From assembly GCA_001662655.1 (NCBI GenBank), contig KV460271.1: a stretch of 64,000 bases of DNA; one strand, given 5' to 3'. How positions within the stretch are numbered: the first letter of the stretch is position 1; every line of letters starts with the position of its first letter. The DNA is from Pseudogymnoascus verrucosus. Its lineage: Eukaryota. The notes beneath the pieces are model-generated. The model saw only the letters and a program-made list of their open reading frames with translations, had not been told where the DNA came from and did not search any database. Of the stretch, positions 1 to 12,798 are shown one piece after another. A program made the translations under genes and the position numbers.

Positions 1-61
1 AAGAGTGGTGAAGAAGATGGAATGCGGCTTCAACAGCTTTATACTTCTTACTTTTCTTTAG

Positions 62-463
62 CTACGCTGTCTCTAATTTACATCCACAACTAGTGCAAAA
101 CTTATCGCTCGCCCCGCAGCCACCTCCACAATGTCTGCAATACTTCTTGGCGTTAACATCCCCTTTACCACTGCTATATACTGGCGGAAACTCAACACGT
201 CCGGTTTGTGTCCCACTTTCTCCCGCTTGAACCTGCTCAACGCGCTGCCTCTCCTTTGCGATAGCTTCATCGATAGCGGCTTGCGTACGTCTCTCTCTAT
301 CTTCTTCGTCGCGCCTTCTTAGCTCGTTCGCCATCTGGTTGTTCTGATATAACTGTTCTTGGCGTGCCACCTCGTGTCTGGCCGACGATCGTGATGCCCC
401 CATGATTACTGCAGTACCTAGCAGCGGGGCAGCCATCATTGGTCTTCTGCGACGCCCAAACAT
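62..463 (-). CDS. Small hypothetical protein with C-terminal zinc ribbon
   Basis: 133-aa intronless ORF: basic/hydrophobic N-terminus, charged helical middle, C-terminal CRHC...FCTSCG (two CxxC). Confidence 0.65.
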   Translation of the reverse strand: MFGRRRRPMMAAPLLGTAVIMGASRSSARHEVARQEQLYQNNQMANELRRRDEEDRERRTQAAIDEAIAKERQRVEQVQAGESGTQTGRVEFPPVYSSGKGDVNAKKYCRHCGGGCGASDKFCTSCGCKLETA

Positions 464-1324
464 TTCGAATCCAACCAGCCGGTCTGTTTTGAGCTCGAGA
501 TTCTTATTCTGTAGATTGTGGTAGGAAATCGTAAGAATTCAAGGCAAGTTTGTATGAATCGCTCATTTGCTAGAAGCTTAAACTAGAGGAAGTAAAGATT
601 CATACTTAGATCGCGTAAAGCAAATCATGACGATTCTTATATAGATATGTTGGCAGCATATGGTAACCCATTGCGTAATGTGAAAACTTGTGCCTAAACT
701 CGAATTATCAAGCTATGAGAATTAGTTAGCAATTGACTATACTTACGAATGATGCTTCTTGCCACTCTAAATAATTCTCGGAATTATTAGCGTGATTTCG
801 TTTAACCGTGCTTATGATTGGGCATTCAGTATAAAAAGGGTTGGCCTGTCTTAGACCGCATTTACGGTTACATCATCGGCACAGCATCGGGTGATATTCC
901 TTCATTAGTTTATCTCTCTAGACTGTAAGAGGGCGCTGACACTTTCTCTTACACCGTAGTCGATCTCTAGTGATACCGCATTGGCGGCTCGACCCGCCAC
1001 CTACGACACTCCAAACATCTGGAGCTTAAATCGCTCTAGTCAACTTGCTAAGTTAGGCTCAACCATGGCCTAGTTCTGGCCATTTTGCTTACGGTAGAGG
1101 ATTCTTGAGTCTGGCCAATTAATCCCTTAAGGATATGGAGATACTAGGTTCGCACCCGAACGAACATGCCTGTTGGCATCTACGTAGGTAACGAGTCCCA
1201 TATATATATAACTTGATAGAATAGCCTATTCTATGGCTTTAAGCATCGACTACTACCTAATATCACTTTATCTTTTAAATTTTAAAACTCCACTATTCAA
1301 ACGGATAAATTCAGATCATTAGCC

Positions 1325-1627
1325 ATGGGTTCTGCGTCAAGAGTTATTTCTGTGATCTTTCGGCTTATGCAGCTTGTTTCTGGGGCTGTTGTCGCGGGGA
1401 CCCTGGGACATTATCTCAATAACATCCACGAAGCAGGTGTTGGCAGTAACCGTCGAGGTGTGTATGCGATCGCTATCGCAGGCATCTCCATATTCTTCGC
1501 CTTGGTCTTAATGCCACCTCTAACCTACTCATTTTATGCCTTCGCCACTAAAAGAGGACATGAGGATGTAGTGGCTATGGCTAGACCTGCTACATCACAG
1601 CGATTCTGGGTTGGCACGATTCATTAG
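1325..1627 (+). pseudogene. Truncated MARVEL-type membrane protein
   Basis: First ~73 aa (RLMQLVSGAVVAGTLGHYL...YAIAIAGISIFFALVLMPP) resemble the first two TM helices of fungal MARVEL proteins. Similarity stops after YSFYAF and TM3-4 are absent. Confidence 0.55.
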
Positions 1628-1723
1628 CTTCTTAATGAAGAATAGACTCATATTGTTGCAATTTGCTAACTAGCTTACGTGCCGTTGGGCTGAAATTTAC
1701 CAGGATAGGTGAGGTAGGGTATA

Positions 1724-4003
<2,280 letters not shown>

Positions 4004-4037
4004 TCATACATCTAACGAACGAATACTTTATGATGTA

Positions 4038-4831
4038 TTAGTAAAGCCACGAAAAGCCGCGTTTCCCCGCCTTACCGCAGTGGCAGGCCAGTGTTTCCCC
4101 ATCGCCTTCACTGCACGGATCAATTCCGCGGGTCTTTTTGGACTCACTAAATCTGACCACTGGACTATCGAGCTTGCGGGGTAAACTTGTCGTAGGCGGA
4201 TGGATACTGCCGCCGAGTACTGCTAGGACGTATGTGGTAATATTTCCCCTCCAATTCGTGTACAAGAGCAGAAATAGACATGTTAAAAGTATCTACAATC
4301 AATAAGAAACGAGATCGGTTCTGAGTACATTGCAGAGTCTAGCTATCTGCTTGCTTGTACATGTACGTGAACACGGGCCGCATCTCGTACACATCATTGT
4401 GATACTCTCTTTAGTTGTTATTTCTGAGCTATAATTTAGATATACAGAATCCACAAGGGTACGTTTATAGGGCACAATTCTTCATACTTCGTGTTTAACG
4501 CTCCGTAGTCCATATTCACCGTTTGACGACTAGCACATTAGTAAGGTCTTGTCAGCCCTGGTCCCACTAGCATATCCCTGTAACCCCGTACCCCGCAAAT
4601 CCACGGTACGCCTTTACACCTAGCCCCAGAACAGACTTTCCGCTTGTTGTAATCCTAGCACCAGAACGGAGTTTCCGCTTGTTTGAATCCAAAGTTGCAC
4701 TCCTTGACAGGCAGTGATGATTGATGCTCCCTAGTACCCACTGTTTACCCTATTTATTGGGATATAATTGGAATGCAAAGTGTAAGCGGTCCCTACTCCG
4801 CATAGAAACTAGATGCTTTAAAGATTACTAA
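4038..4831. promoter_or_regulatory. Three Yap1/AP-1 response elements upstream of katG
   Basis: TTAGTAA at 4038-4044 and 4538-4544, TTACTAA at 4825-4831. These match the established YRE consensus TTA(C/G)TAA. Confidence 0.55.
4619..4688. repeat. Imperfect 35-bp tandem duplication
   Basis: cctagccccagaacagactttccgcttgttgtaat (4619-4653) followed by cctagcaccagaacggagtttccgcttgtttgaat (4654-4688). Confidence 0.85.
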
Positions 4832-5064
4832 TATGTGAGTACGCCAAAAGTCCATATCCAGCACACTTTCACCGTAATACTTCAACATTGTCAGCTCTAT
4901 TAAAGTCACGTTTTACGTTGCTACTTCTACGCATAAATCAGAAACAATGGGCGAACAAGTGAGCAACAGTGTCAGTCCTAATCGTCGTGACCAAACCTTG
5001 AGCGAAGCGATCCGCGCGCATTTACACCAAAATTTACAGCTACTTTCACATAGTAAATTATATA

Positions 5065-6924
5065 ACGTGGGTGGACATGACCCTGCGCACGACAGGACCC
5101 TGCGCACTTTTCGCGAATTCCTCACCCCCGTACTTTAGAACGCGTTTTATCCACCTTCCACTATGTCAGTTATTACCAAAGAAGCAAAAATCATTCTAGC
5201 TATGGAAGCTATTCGAACGTCTAGAAAGCTAAGCCGTCGAGCTGCTGCAAAGCTCTATAAAGTTCCCGAATCGTCACTTAGGCTTAGAATGAACGGCCAC
5301 CTTCCCCTCCCTAAGCGACGGCCAGCAAATATTAAATTGTCCAAGTTAGAGGAGGAAGTGATTGTTCGGAATATACTTGAGCTAGATTCTAGAGGATTTG
5401 CACCCTAGCTAGCTAGTGTGGAAGATATGGCCAATTTTATTCTTAAATCGCGTAGAGGGACGCGTGTTAGAGGCCGCTAGGCACAGCGGTTTATACAACG
5501 ACAACTAGCCCTTAAGACGCGTTTTAATCGCGTTTATGATTTCTAAAGGGCCTTATGCAAAGATCCTAAGCTAATTAGCGCGTGGTTTCGACTAGTGGAA
5601 AATATGAGGGCAAAATACAGGGTTTTAGACTGCGACTTCTATAACTTCGACGAAACTGGCTTCATGATGGGTGTGATTTGCCCTACAATGGTTGTAACCC
5701 GTATAGATCGACGTGGTAGAGGCAAGGCAGTTTAGCCAGGGAATCGGGAATGGGCTATAGCAATTGCTTGTATCAATAGTAAAGGCTAGAGTGTTCCTCT
5801 ATTTCTAGTGGTTTAGGGCAAGAACCACCTTTCAAATTGGTATATAGACAGTGGCCTCCTACCTAACTAGGTTATTAAACCGACAAGTAATGGATAGACG
5901 AATAATGAGACGGGTCTAGAATGGCTAGAACACTTCGATAAACACACTGCTACTCGTGCAAGGGGTCCATATCGAATACTGGTCTTAGATGGGCATAAGA
6001 GTCACAAATCGGCTGAGTTCCAAGAGTACTACAAGTCACACAACATTATAACTCTTAGACTGCCTTCTCACTCGTCTCATTTAACCTAGCCACTTAATGT
6101 CGGGTGCTTTAGTATGTTAAAGCGGGCGTACGGTCAGCAGATTAAGAGGTTTATTAAAGCCTATATTAACCATATCACGAAGGTGGAGTTCTTTCTAGCC
6201 TTCACAGCAGCATACAAGGAGTTAATGACAGCCTAAAACTGTCAGGCTAGATTCCGTAGAGCTGGCTTAGTGCCTTTTGACCTGCAAGCAGTGCTTTCAA
6301 AGCTTGACATGAAGTTACGAACTCCAACTCCCTCTACACCCTCCACTGCCAACACCACCCCTTGGGTCTCCTAGACCCCTTCCAACCTAACTAAGGCTCT
6401 TTCACAAACAACACTTGTTCGAAATCAGATTGCCTGTCACCAAGAGAGCTCGCTAACTCCACTTTTTGAGACAGTTGTTACGTTAGCAAAGGGTACAGAG
6501 CGACTAGCCCATGAGAACACCCTTCTGTCCGCTGAGGTGCATACCCTTCGAGCAGCTAATGAAGCCCTTAGCAAACGCCGTAGGGCTAAAAAGGCTCGTG
6601 TCTGTGAAGGGGGTGCACTTATAGTAGAGGATGCACAGGATATTATTGCACAGGAGGACGTGGATGAGCAGGTACGACACGACGTACGTGCAGCAGGGGG
6701 TAGTCGTAGGGAGGGGCAACAGTCTAGGCGGCGCTGTGGGATCTGCGGAAAAGCTGGTCATAACATACGAACTTGTCAAGAAGCTGTAGATATATCTAGT
6801 TCATCTGATTCCTTTTAGTTATAGTTAATTTAATGTGTTGTGGTTGATTTATTAATATTCAAAGTTTAATGCCAAGGAAAAGTGCGCAGGGTCCTGTCGT
6901 GCGCAGGGTCATGTCCACCCACGT
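5065..6924 (+). mobile_element. Fot1/pogo-family (Tc1/mariner) DNA transposon, 1860 bp, RIP-inactivated
   Basis: Perfect 48-bp TIRs ACGTGGGTGGACATGACCCTGCGCAC... at 5065-5112 and 6877-6924, each with internal repeat GACCCTGCGCAC x2. TA duplication at 5063-5064 and 6925-6926. Confidence 0.96.
5163..6818 (+). pseudogene. Fot1/pogo transposase pseudogene
   Basis: N-terminal HTH (RRAAAKLYKVPESSLR), YNFDETGF, LDGHxSH, C-terminal CGICGKAGHNIRTC. Many in-frame TAG/TAA at positions expected to be CAG/CAA/TGG. Confidence 0.93.
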
Positions 6925-7096
6925 TATACAGTGACTTGGAGTTAATAAATTGTAAAAATAAGGTAAAATCTTTAAAATATAAACATATATAAACATATAT
7001 AAACATATATAAACTATAATAAATACCATAGTAGAATACTATAATCGAATATGGAAAGTCGCGGCTATAATTAGCATGATAGTCCACTGTAGCAAT

Positions 7097-9662
7097 CAGT
7101 GTTGCCCGAGTACTACTCAGAGTACTACTCAGAGATCTTCGAGTAGAGTACTGTTTTTTGGGCTCGAGTAGAGTAGTACTCGAGTAGTACTCGAGTACTA
7201 CGAGTACTACTCGAGTATAAAAATGAAAACACCATTAATAGCTATATAGACTATGGAAATACAGTAACTATGCATCCTCGTCTTCCTCTGAATCCTCACC
7301 TACTGATACCACGCCCCAATTCCTAAGACATATAAGATATCGTAGTGTAGATGGTGCTAACCTGTTCCGTTTCTTTGTAATAATATCGCCACCAACACTA
7401 AACACTCGCTCGGATTCTGCAGATGTAGCAGGAATTGCTAAATGATCTTTGGCAATTGCAGCAAGTATTGGATATTGGTATTGCTTACTTGCCCAAAACT
7501 TGAGTATATCAATTTTAGGCCCAAGAGTTGGCTCGTTCATCCAGCGCTTCCATTCTGGATCCAAATCTGGCTGCCGTTGTGAGACATATAGCTCATCCTC
7601 AGAATCAGACTCTGTCTTCTTAGAATTCTCATCTTCTAATTCCTCATCTTGTATACTTTCTATAACCTTTGCTGCTTGGATGTCTGATGCCTTGCCTGAA
7701 TATTTATAATAACATTCTTGCCACTGCGCTTTTGCCCGCCTTTTCCGTGTGTCTTGAATGCTTTTTGGCCAGATAATATCAAACACGTTAAAGTTATACC
7801 GTGGGTCGCATATTGTAGCTATAGTTGAATGACTCTGCTGTTGATTTGTTGCAAGTGAGTAATACTCATTGAGCTTTTTTAATGCTACTAAACAAGCGTC
7901 GTATATTGTGCTGTTCTCTGTATATCCAGCTTTAAAGACTTCAAGCTTTTGCGTCATTCTCATATACTGTATAACAGCATAATTTAAAGTAGGATAAGAA
8001 GAGCCTTGTAGCTTCTCTGTTGGCCGTATAAAGATGTAGAATAAATCTGATAACGCCTTCATCGTTTGCCAATCTTTTGCTGTTAAAGCTATATCTTTCA
8101 TACTTAAATCAAGCTGCTGAGATGCACAGAGAGCTGTTATTGGACCTTGTAACCTTAACGCTAAATGAAGCATATAATATGTTGAGCTCCATCGTACTGG
8201 CATATCGAGGCTAAGCTGCTTAAACTCAATATTTACAGCTTCACATTGCTTTTTTAGAGCATCTTTCCATTGTCGTCGGTTGCGAAACACATATATATGA
8301 CGCCGAAGTTTGCTAAGAACAGCTACTGACTCGTTTTCTGGTAGTAATGGAACTCGGGCAGCTCCATACTCAAGACGGTATGCATTTGGCTCCTCTGCTG
8401 GTACTGCCTTTAACGATGTTAAAGCAGCTTGAACAGCAAGGTTTATAATGTGTCCAATACATCTAACATCGCCTTCTTTTGTTGTATATGCCCATGGTTG
8501 CTGTAACGTAGTTTCGCTCTTACATGCTAAATTCTCATATTCTGAGAGCATAGTAGTGTTTGCAGAGGCGTTATCACGAGTGATAGTAAAAACTGCTGGA
8601 GTAATACCATAGTCGTCTGTAACGGCTATTAACTGCTCTGCAAGATATTCACCAGAATGGATTGGCTCTCGTAGCTCAATAACATCTAAGACTGTGCATC
8701 GTAACTGCCACTTATCAGAGATCCAATGTGCTGTTACTGCAGCGTATTCAGAATAGTTGCGTGCGGACCAAGTATCAGTTGTTAAAGATATTCGTCCACC
8801 TTGTGCAGTATGCTGCTGCAATTCAAGTTGTAGCCTAGCTTTATGAATGCAAAATATCCGTTGCAAGTCTCTTCCAATTGTCGTCCGTCCAATTACAAGT
8901 GTTGTTGGATTTAAATGGCAAACAAGCTGCCGGAAGGATAGACTCTCAGATGTTCGTAATGGTAGGTTATTAGATACAATAAATGAGAGTAGAAGCTCTC
9001 TAAATTTCGACGAATTTGGTGTATGGCTAGATACTTTGCGAGGCTGGAAGAACGTAGCTGTAGTTGAAGAAGAAGGCTGTATATCTCTGTCTTGAACGTG
9101 CTTTTTCTTATATTGTGCATGTACTGCTGGATGTTGTGTCTTTAAATGCTTCCAAAGATTACTCGTTGTTTGCGTCCTTGTAGGCTGTGATGGTGTATAT
9201 GTGCAATGTGGCTGCAAGCACTTAAATGATATTCTTAAGGGCGCATTATCAAGAATAGTACGAGAGTATAAACCCTTTACAAAGAGGATTGAGTCAGAAT
9301 CTGGTAACGGTTGGTCTTGAGACAATATAGGCATGCGTACAAGTGGTAGGGGTAAGAGTAGCTCTTGAGAAGCATTCTCATATTCGTCCGCGTCGTCTGG
9401 GGGCGGCGGTGATAGCGAAGACTCACTCATCTTGGCGATAGCAAGTATCACAGTAATATTCAGGTCATTGAAAGCTTCACTTTTCCTATTCTACAATTCT
9501 GTCTACGTCCTTACCCCGCTTCTTGGCTATCTTGGCAACTACTCGAGTACTACTCGAGTACTACTCGAGTAGTACTCGAGTAGTTCAGATTTCTTCGAGT
9601 CGAGTACTACTCGAGTAATTACTCGAGTAGTACTCGCAACGAGTAGTACTCGGGCAACACTG
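7097..9662 (-). mobile_element. hAT-superfamily DNA transposon, 2566 bp, apparently intact
   Basis: 22-bp TIRs CAGTGTTGCCCGAGTACTACTC at 7097-7118 and 9641-9662. Subterminal arrays of TACTCGAGTA/GAGTACTAC at ~7097-7217 and ~9539-9662. Encloses a transposase ORF. Confidence 0.95.
7268..9430 (-). CDS. hAT transposase (~720 aa)
   Basis: ATG at 9430 (MSESS). BED-like finger CLQPHC...LWKHLKTQH, ISLTTDTWS, TRDNASAN, RCIGHIINL, VRWSSTY, dimerisation domain FW...YPILAAIAKDHLAIPATSAESERVFS. No stops. Confidence 0.95.
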   Translation of the reverse strand: MSESSLSPPPPDDADEYENASQELLLPLPLVRMPILSQDQPLPDSDSILFVKGLYSRTILDNAPLRISFKCLQPHCTYTPSQPTRTQTTSNLWKHLKTQHPAVHAQYKKKHVQDRDIQPSSSTTATFFQPRKVSSHTPNSSKFRELLLSFIVSNNLPLRTSESLSFRQLVCHLNPTTLVIGRTTIGRDLQRIFCIHKARLQLELQQHTAQGGRISLTTDTWSARNYSEYAAVTAHWISDKWQLRCTVLDVIELREPIHSGEYLAEQLIAVTDDYGITPAVFTITRDNASANTTMLSEYENLACKSETTLQQPWAYTTKEGDVRCIGHIINLAVQAALTSLKAVPAEEPNAYRLEYGAARVPLLPENESVAVLSKLRRHIYVFRNRRQWKDALKKQCEAVNIEFKQLSLDMPVRWSSTYYMLHLALRLQGPITALCASQQLDLSMKDIALTAKDWQTMKALSDLFYIFIRPTEKLQGSSYPTLNYAVIQYMRMTQKLEVFKAGYTENSTIYDACLVALKKLNEYYSLATNQQQSHSTIATICDPRYNFNVFDIIWPKSIQDTRKRRAKAQWQECYYKYSGKASDIQAAKVIESIQDEELEDENSKKTESDSEDELYVSQRQPDLDPEWKRWMNEPTLGPKIDILKFWASKQYQYPILAAIAKDHLAIPATSAESERVFSVGGDIITKKRNRLAPSTLRYLICLRNWGVVSVGEDSEEDEDA

Positions 9663-9773
9663 GATCTTGGTATCATTTATCTCGAATTTTATTGTAACCC
9701 GTTTGAAATACCGCCCCATTACAATGATTTGCAATGTTAAGACCCCATAATTCTAACAACCCTCCGTCATTAA

Positions 9774-12299
9774 TCATTCATCCTTTGGAAGTTTCTTCCC
9801 ACTCTGAGTCGGACTGAGCGGGCTCGTTCCAAGACTCGAATCAGTCTCGACACTGACTCCTCTGCCCAGGGGACTCCCCTTTGCGCCTCGCCGCTCTTGT
9901 TGGATACGGTCTAGAGGACGAGACGCCTTCGGTGCCGGTATGTATGGCGACCCAGGTGACGAAGGAAATTCCCCAGTCCTGCCCTTTCTAGAACCTGATG
10001 AGTTTTCTTTATTCCGCAGCAACCAGTCTGGGGTTCCACTATTTGGCGTTGCGCTCCGTGATCTCTCCCAGCCTTTTCTTGGCAGCGGTGATTGATCATA
10101 TTCATCAAAGCCAGGCCCACCCCGCGTTGCTGGGCTGGACGGCTGAGACCCATATTGGTAATCTTCTCCTCTGTGTTTTATCGGGCTCTCATCATACGGG
10201 TCAAATCCGACTTTCTGTCTGGCTTCAAAGCGCCTTCGGCGTCTCTCTTCGACATCCCCACCGGCGCCTGTAGTGGATGATTCTTCGAGGAAGAAGTTAA
10301 GCAATTCGTCCGGGATGGAGAGATGCGATGCTTGCTGGAATTGCTGGAGGGCCGTGAGGCGAATGAGCATTTCTAGGAGGGAGAGTGAGGAGCGAACTGG
10401 CCCGAAAGGCGTAAAAGACGCTTGTGGGGCATTCGGTGGGCGGGAATAGCGACGTTTTTGTGGACTGGGGCTACCAGTTGATGAGGAGCTGCCGATGTCA
10501 AGGTTCGACAAACTTCTTGTAAGATCTGGATCAGAGGGTGACTCGTGTGAGGAGCCTGGGCGAACTGTGGCTGGTTCCTCTTCATCATCAGAGCTTTCTT
10601 CATCATCGGATCCTACGTAAACTTCAAAAGCTACCCATTCAGGGTCCAGGTTAGGTGGGAAACCCCAAACCGGTTCCTTGCGTACGTCTGCATCTGCATT
10701 GGGTAACTCATTTGGCTCCAAAACCGAGTTTTCTCGGCGAAGTTGCTCGTCGATATCTAGCTGGGATTCATCCGGGTCGGTTTCGGTGTCATCATATATC
10801 GAGTCCTCTAGCTGTCTCCCTTCTCCTTCCACGCTTTCGAACGGTTCATGTTCATCCCACAGATTGTCGCGTTCAGAGGATTCCATCATGCGCCGTGGAG
10901 GAACGGCGTTCACATCACGCTTCAAAAGAAGAACAGGGCTATTTGCTTCTCCTTCGCTGCCTATGTTGAGGATTTTGCCAGTGTCAGCGTAGAATATTTT
11001 CGATATCTGGTGTATCGGAAAATGCTCTCTTAAACCTGCAAGGGCTACATCTTCAAACGGGCCGGGTTGAGGCTCATTTTCTTCGTAGGTATGTACTCGA
11101 TTATCATTCAGATCTTCAACAACAACGAGACGATAGGAATACTCATTGGCTTTCCCTTCTCCTGCTATTTGAAGCTCCGACCTGTCGTCATTCTCATTAC
11201 TCCCCGCGGTAGAACCATCGCCAAGGTCATTGGTGTTAGTAGAAGACCTGAAATCAGAATTGGCGCCATCATCGTAGGAACCACTCAAGGAGCTCCTCAT
11301 TAATTTGACTCTTGCCTTATGTATGGCCTCTTTCCAGACCATGTCTCTTAGACCTCTTTCATCATGAGGTCTATTGGAATGCCCTGTGAATAGCATATAT
11401 ACAGAGAGTGTAAATGTCGGCCCAACTTGGATCGGACGGCTGGGATCTAGTGAGTAACGTGTATCACACGCCGTGAGGAAAGTGCTTGCTTGAAGAAGTC
11501 TTGACGGAGACACAGAAGCAGGCAAGGTCGTTGAAAGACTAGCCCCAGATGTAGCGATTGCAAGGTTGATCAACGGGACAGCATCTTCGATACGAGTCAG
11601 CAATCGCTTTATATCTTGAACAATGAAGCGCAATTCAGCCTTGTGGCCAGGGCCAGATTTGGATCGACCGGTTCCGCGGCGAGCCGATTCTTCAGCACCC
11701 GCAGCTTTGGCAAGACGGACACCAAGAGACTGTATGTCCCAGCGCAACTCCTTTGTCAGAGTGACTGCAGACTCGAGTGAAGTATTGCCGCGAGCCGAGC
11801 TATTGCAAGTCAGTATGATATTTAATTAAGCAAGTTCGCTCACCTACATCAGCTCGATCATGTCAATTGCTGGTGAAATAATCTGTAGTATTTGGCAGTT
11901 AGATCATAGCTTCTTAACCACCGCTTTGCAAACGCAAACATAGTTTCTTTATCACATGACTTCAATAACTCACTCTGATCTTGCTGTCAAGCCGCATCTG
12001 AAGGCCTTGGAGTTCGTGAAACTCCTCATTATTGTTAACGGTCTGCAGCCACCAATTAGTAATGCTATATACGAGTTGGGCAGATAGGAAGCACACCTTT
12101 AAGAACCTTGAGCACTGTCCTACTGCATAACCACTTGTTATGGCGATTCCAGACCTGGTTTCATTAGAACAGTAAACCAATGAAGCAAAAGGGGCACACC
12201 TGATCGCATAGCCCATCGCCTGCTGCGTGATCTATACGCATATTAGAAACTTCATGATACTTGGAACGAGCGACTTGCCTTTCCCAGTAAATCGTCCAT
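9774..12299 (-). CDS. YRB30: RanGTP-binding protein, Yrb30-like (multi-exon)
   Basis: Spliced N-terminus MDDLLGK|ITQQAMGYAIR|SGIAITSGYAV...RLDSKIR|IISPAIDMIELI|SARGNTSLESAV; IEDAVPLINLAI, SPSRLLQAS, LSLLEMLIRLTALQ. Five short 5' introns. Confidence 0.85.
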
Positions 12300-12798
12300 G
12301 GCGAATAAGTTAACGAGTATGAACTAAGTTCACTGTTAAGACTGTATGTACAGTGTACACCATAGACCAGCTCTTCCTTTATTCATAGTAAAAAAATCAT
12401 TTATGCGTGAAGCTCGTTGGTGTTTTGGTGAGTCCCCAGAACGTACGGTGCACCAGACAACCCCGTTGTTATTTTACAGGCGGTGGTCGTGTGTGAATTG
12501 CTTACCTAAGCAGGCCGACATGGCTGTTGTACCCATATGATTTGCTGGACACACCTCAATTTTCTGGGCCACCTGAACAGTTCACTTCGAGTTTTGACGG
12601 CAAACCTGTCTCGACGCTCGTCTACTGTTCAAAATCTCTATCTAGTGCTCAATACATAACTTGTGGGAGATATCGCATTATACCGATTTAGAGTGCTTGG
12701 CTTTAGTTGTGGATTTCGACATTTCTGCCCCTCAATTTGCAAAGTGCGGGGCACAATATTTCACTTCACCGTCATTGAATATCACGATCTCGACCACA

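Noticed and set aside
7097..7217. CRISPR-like appearance of short palindromic repeats (also 9539-9662)
   Set aside because: No unique spacers or cas genes, eukaryotic context; they are hAT subterminal repeats.
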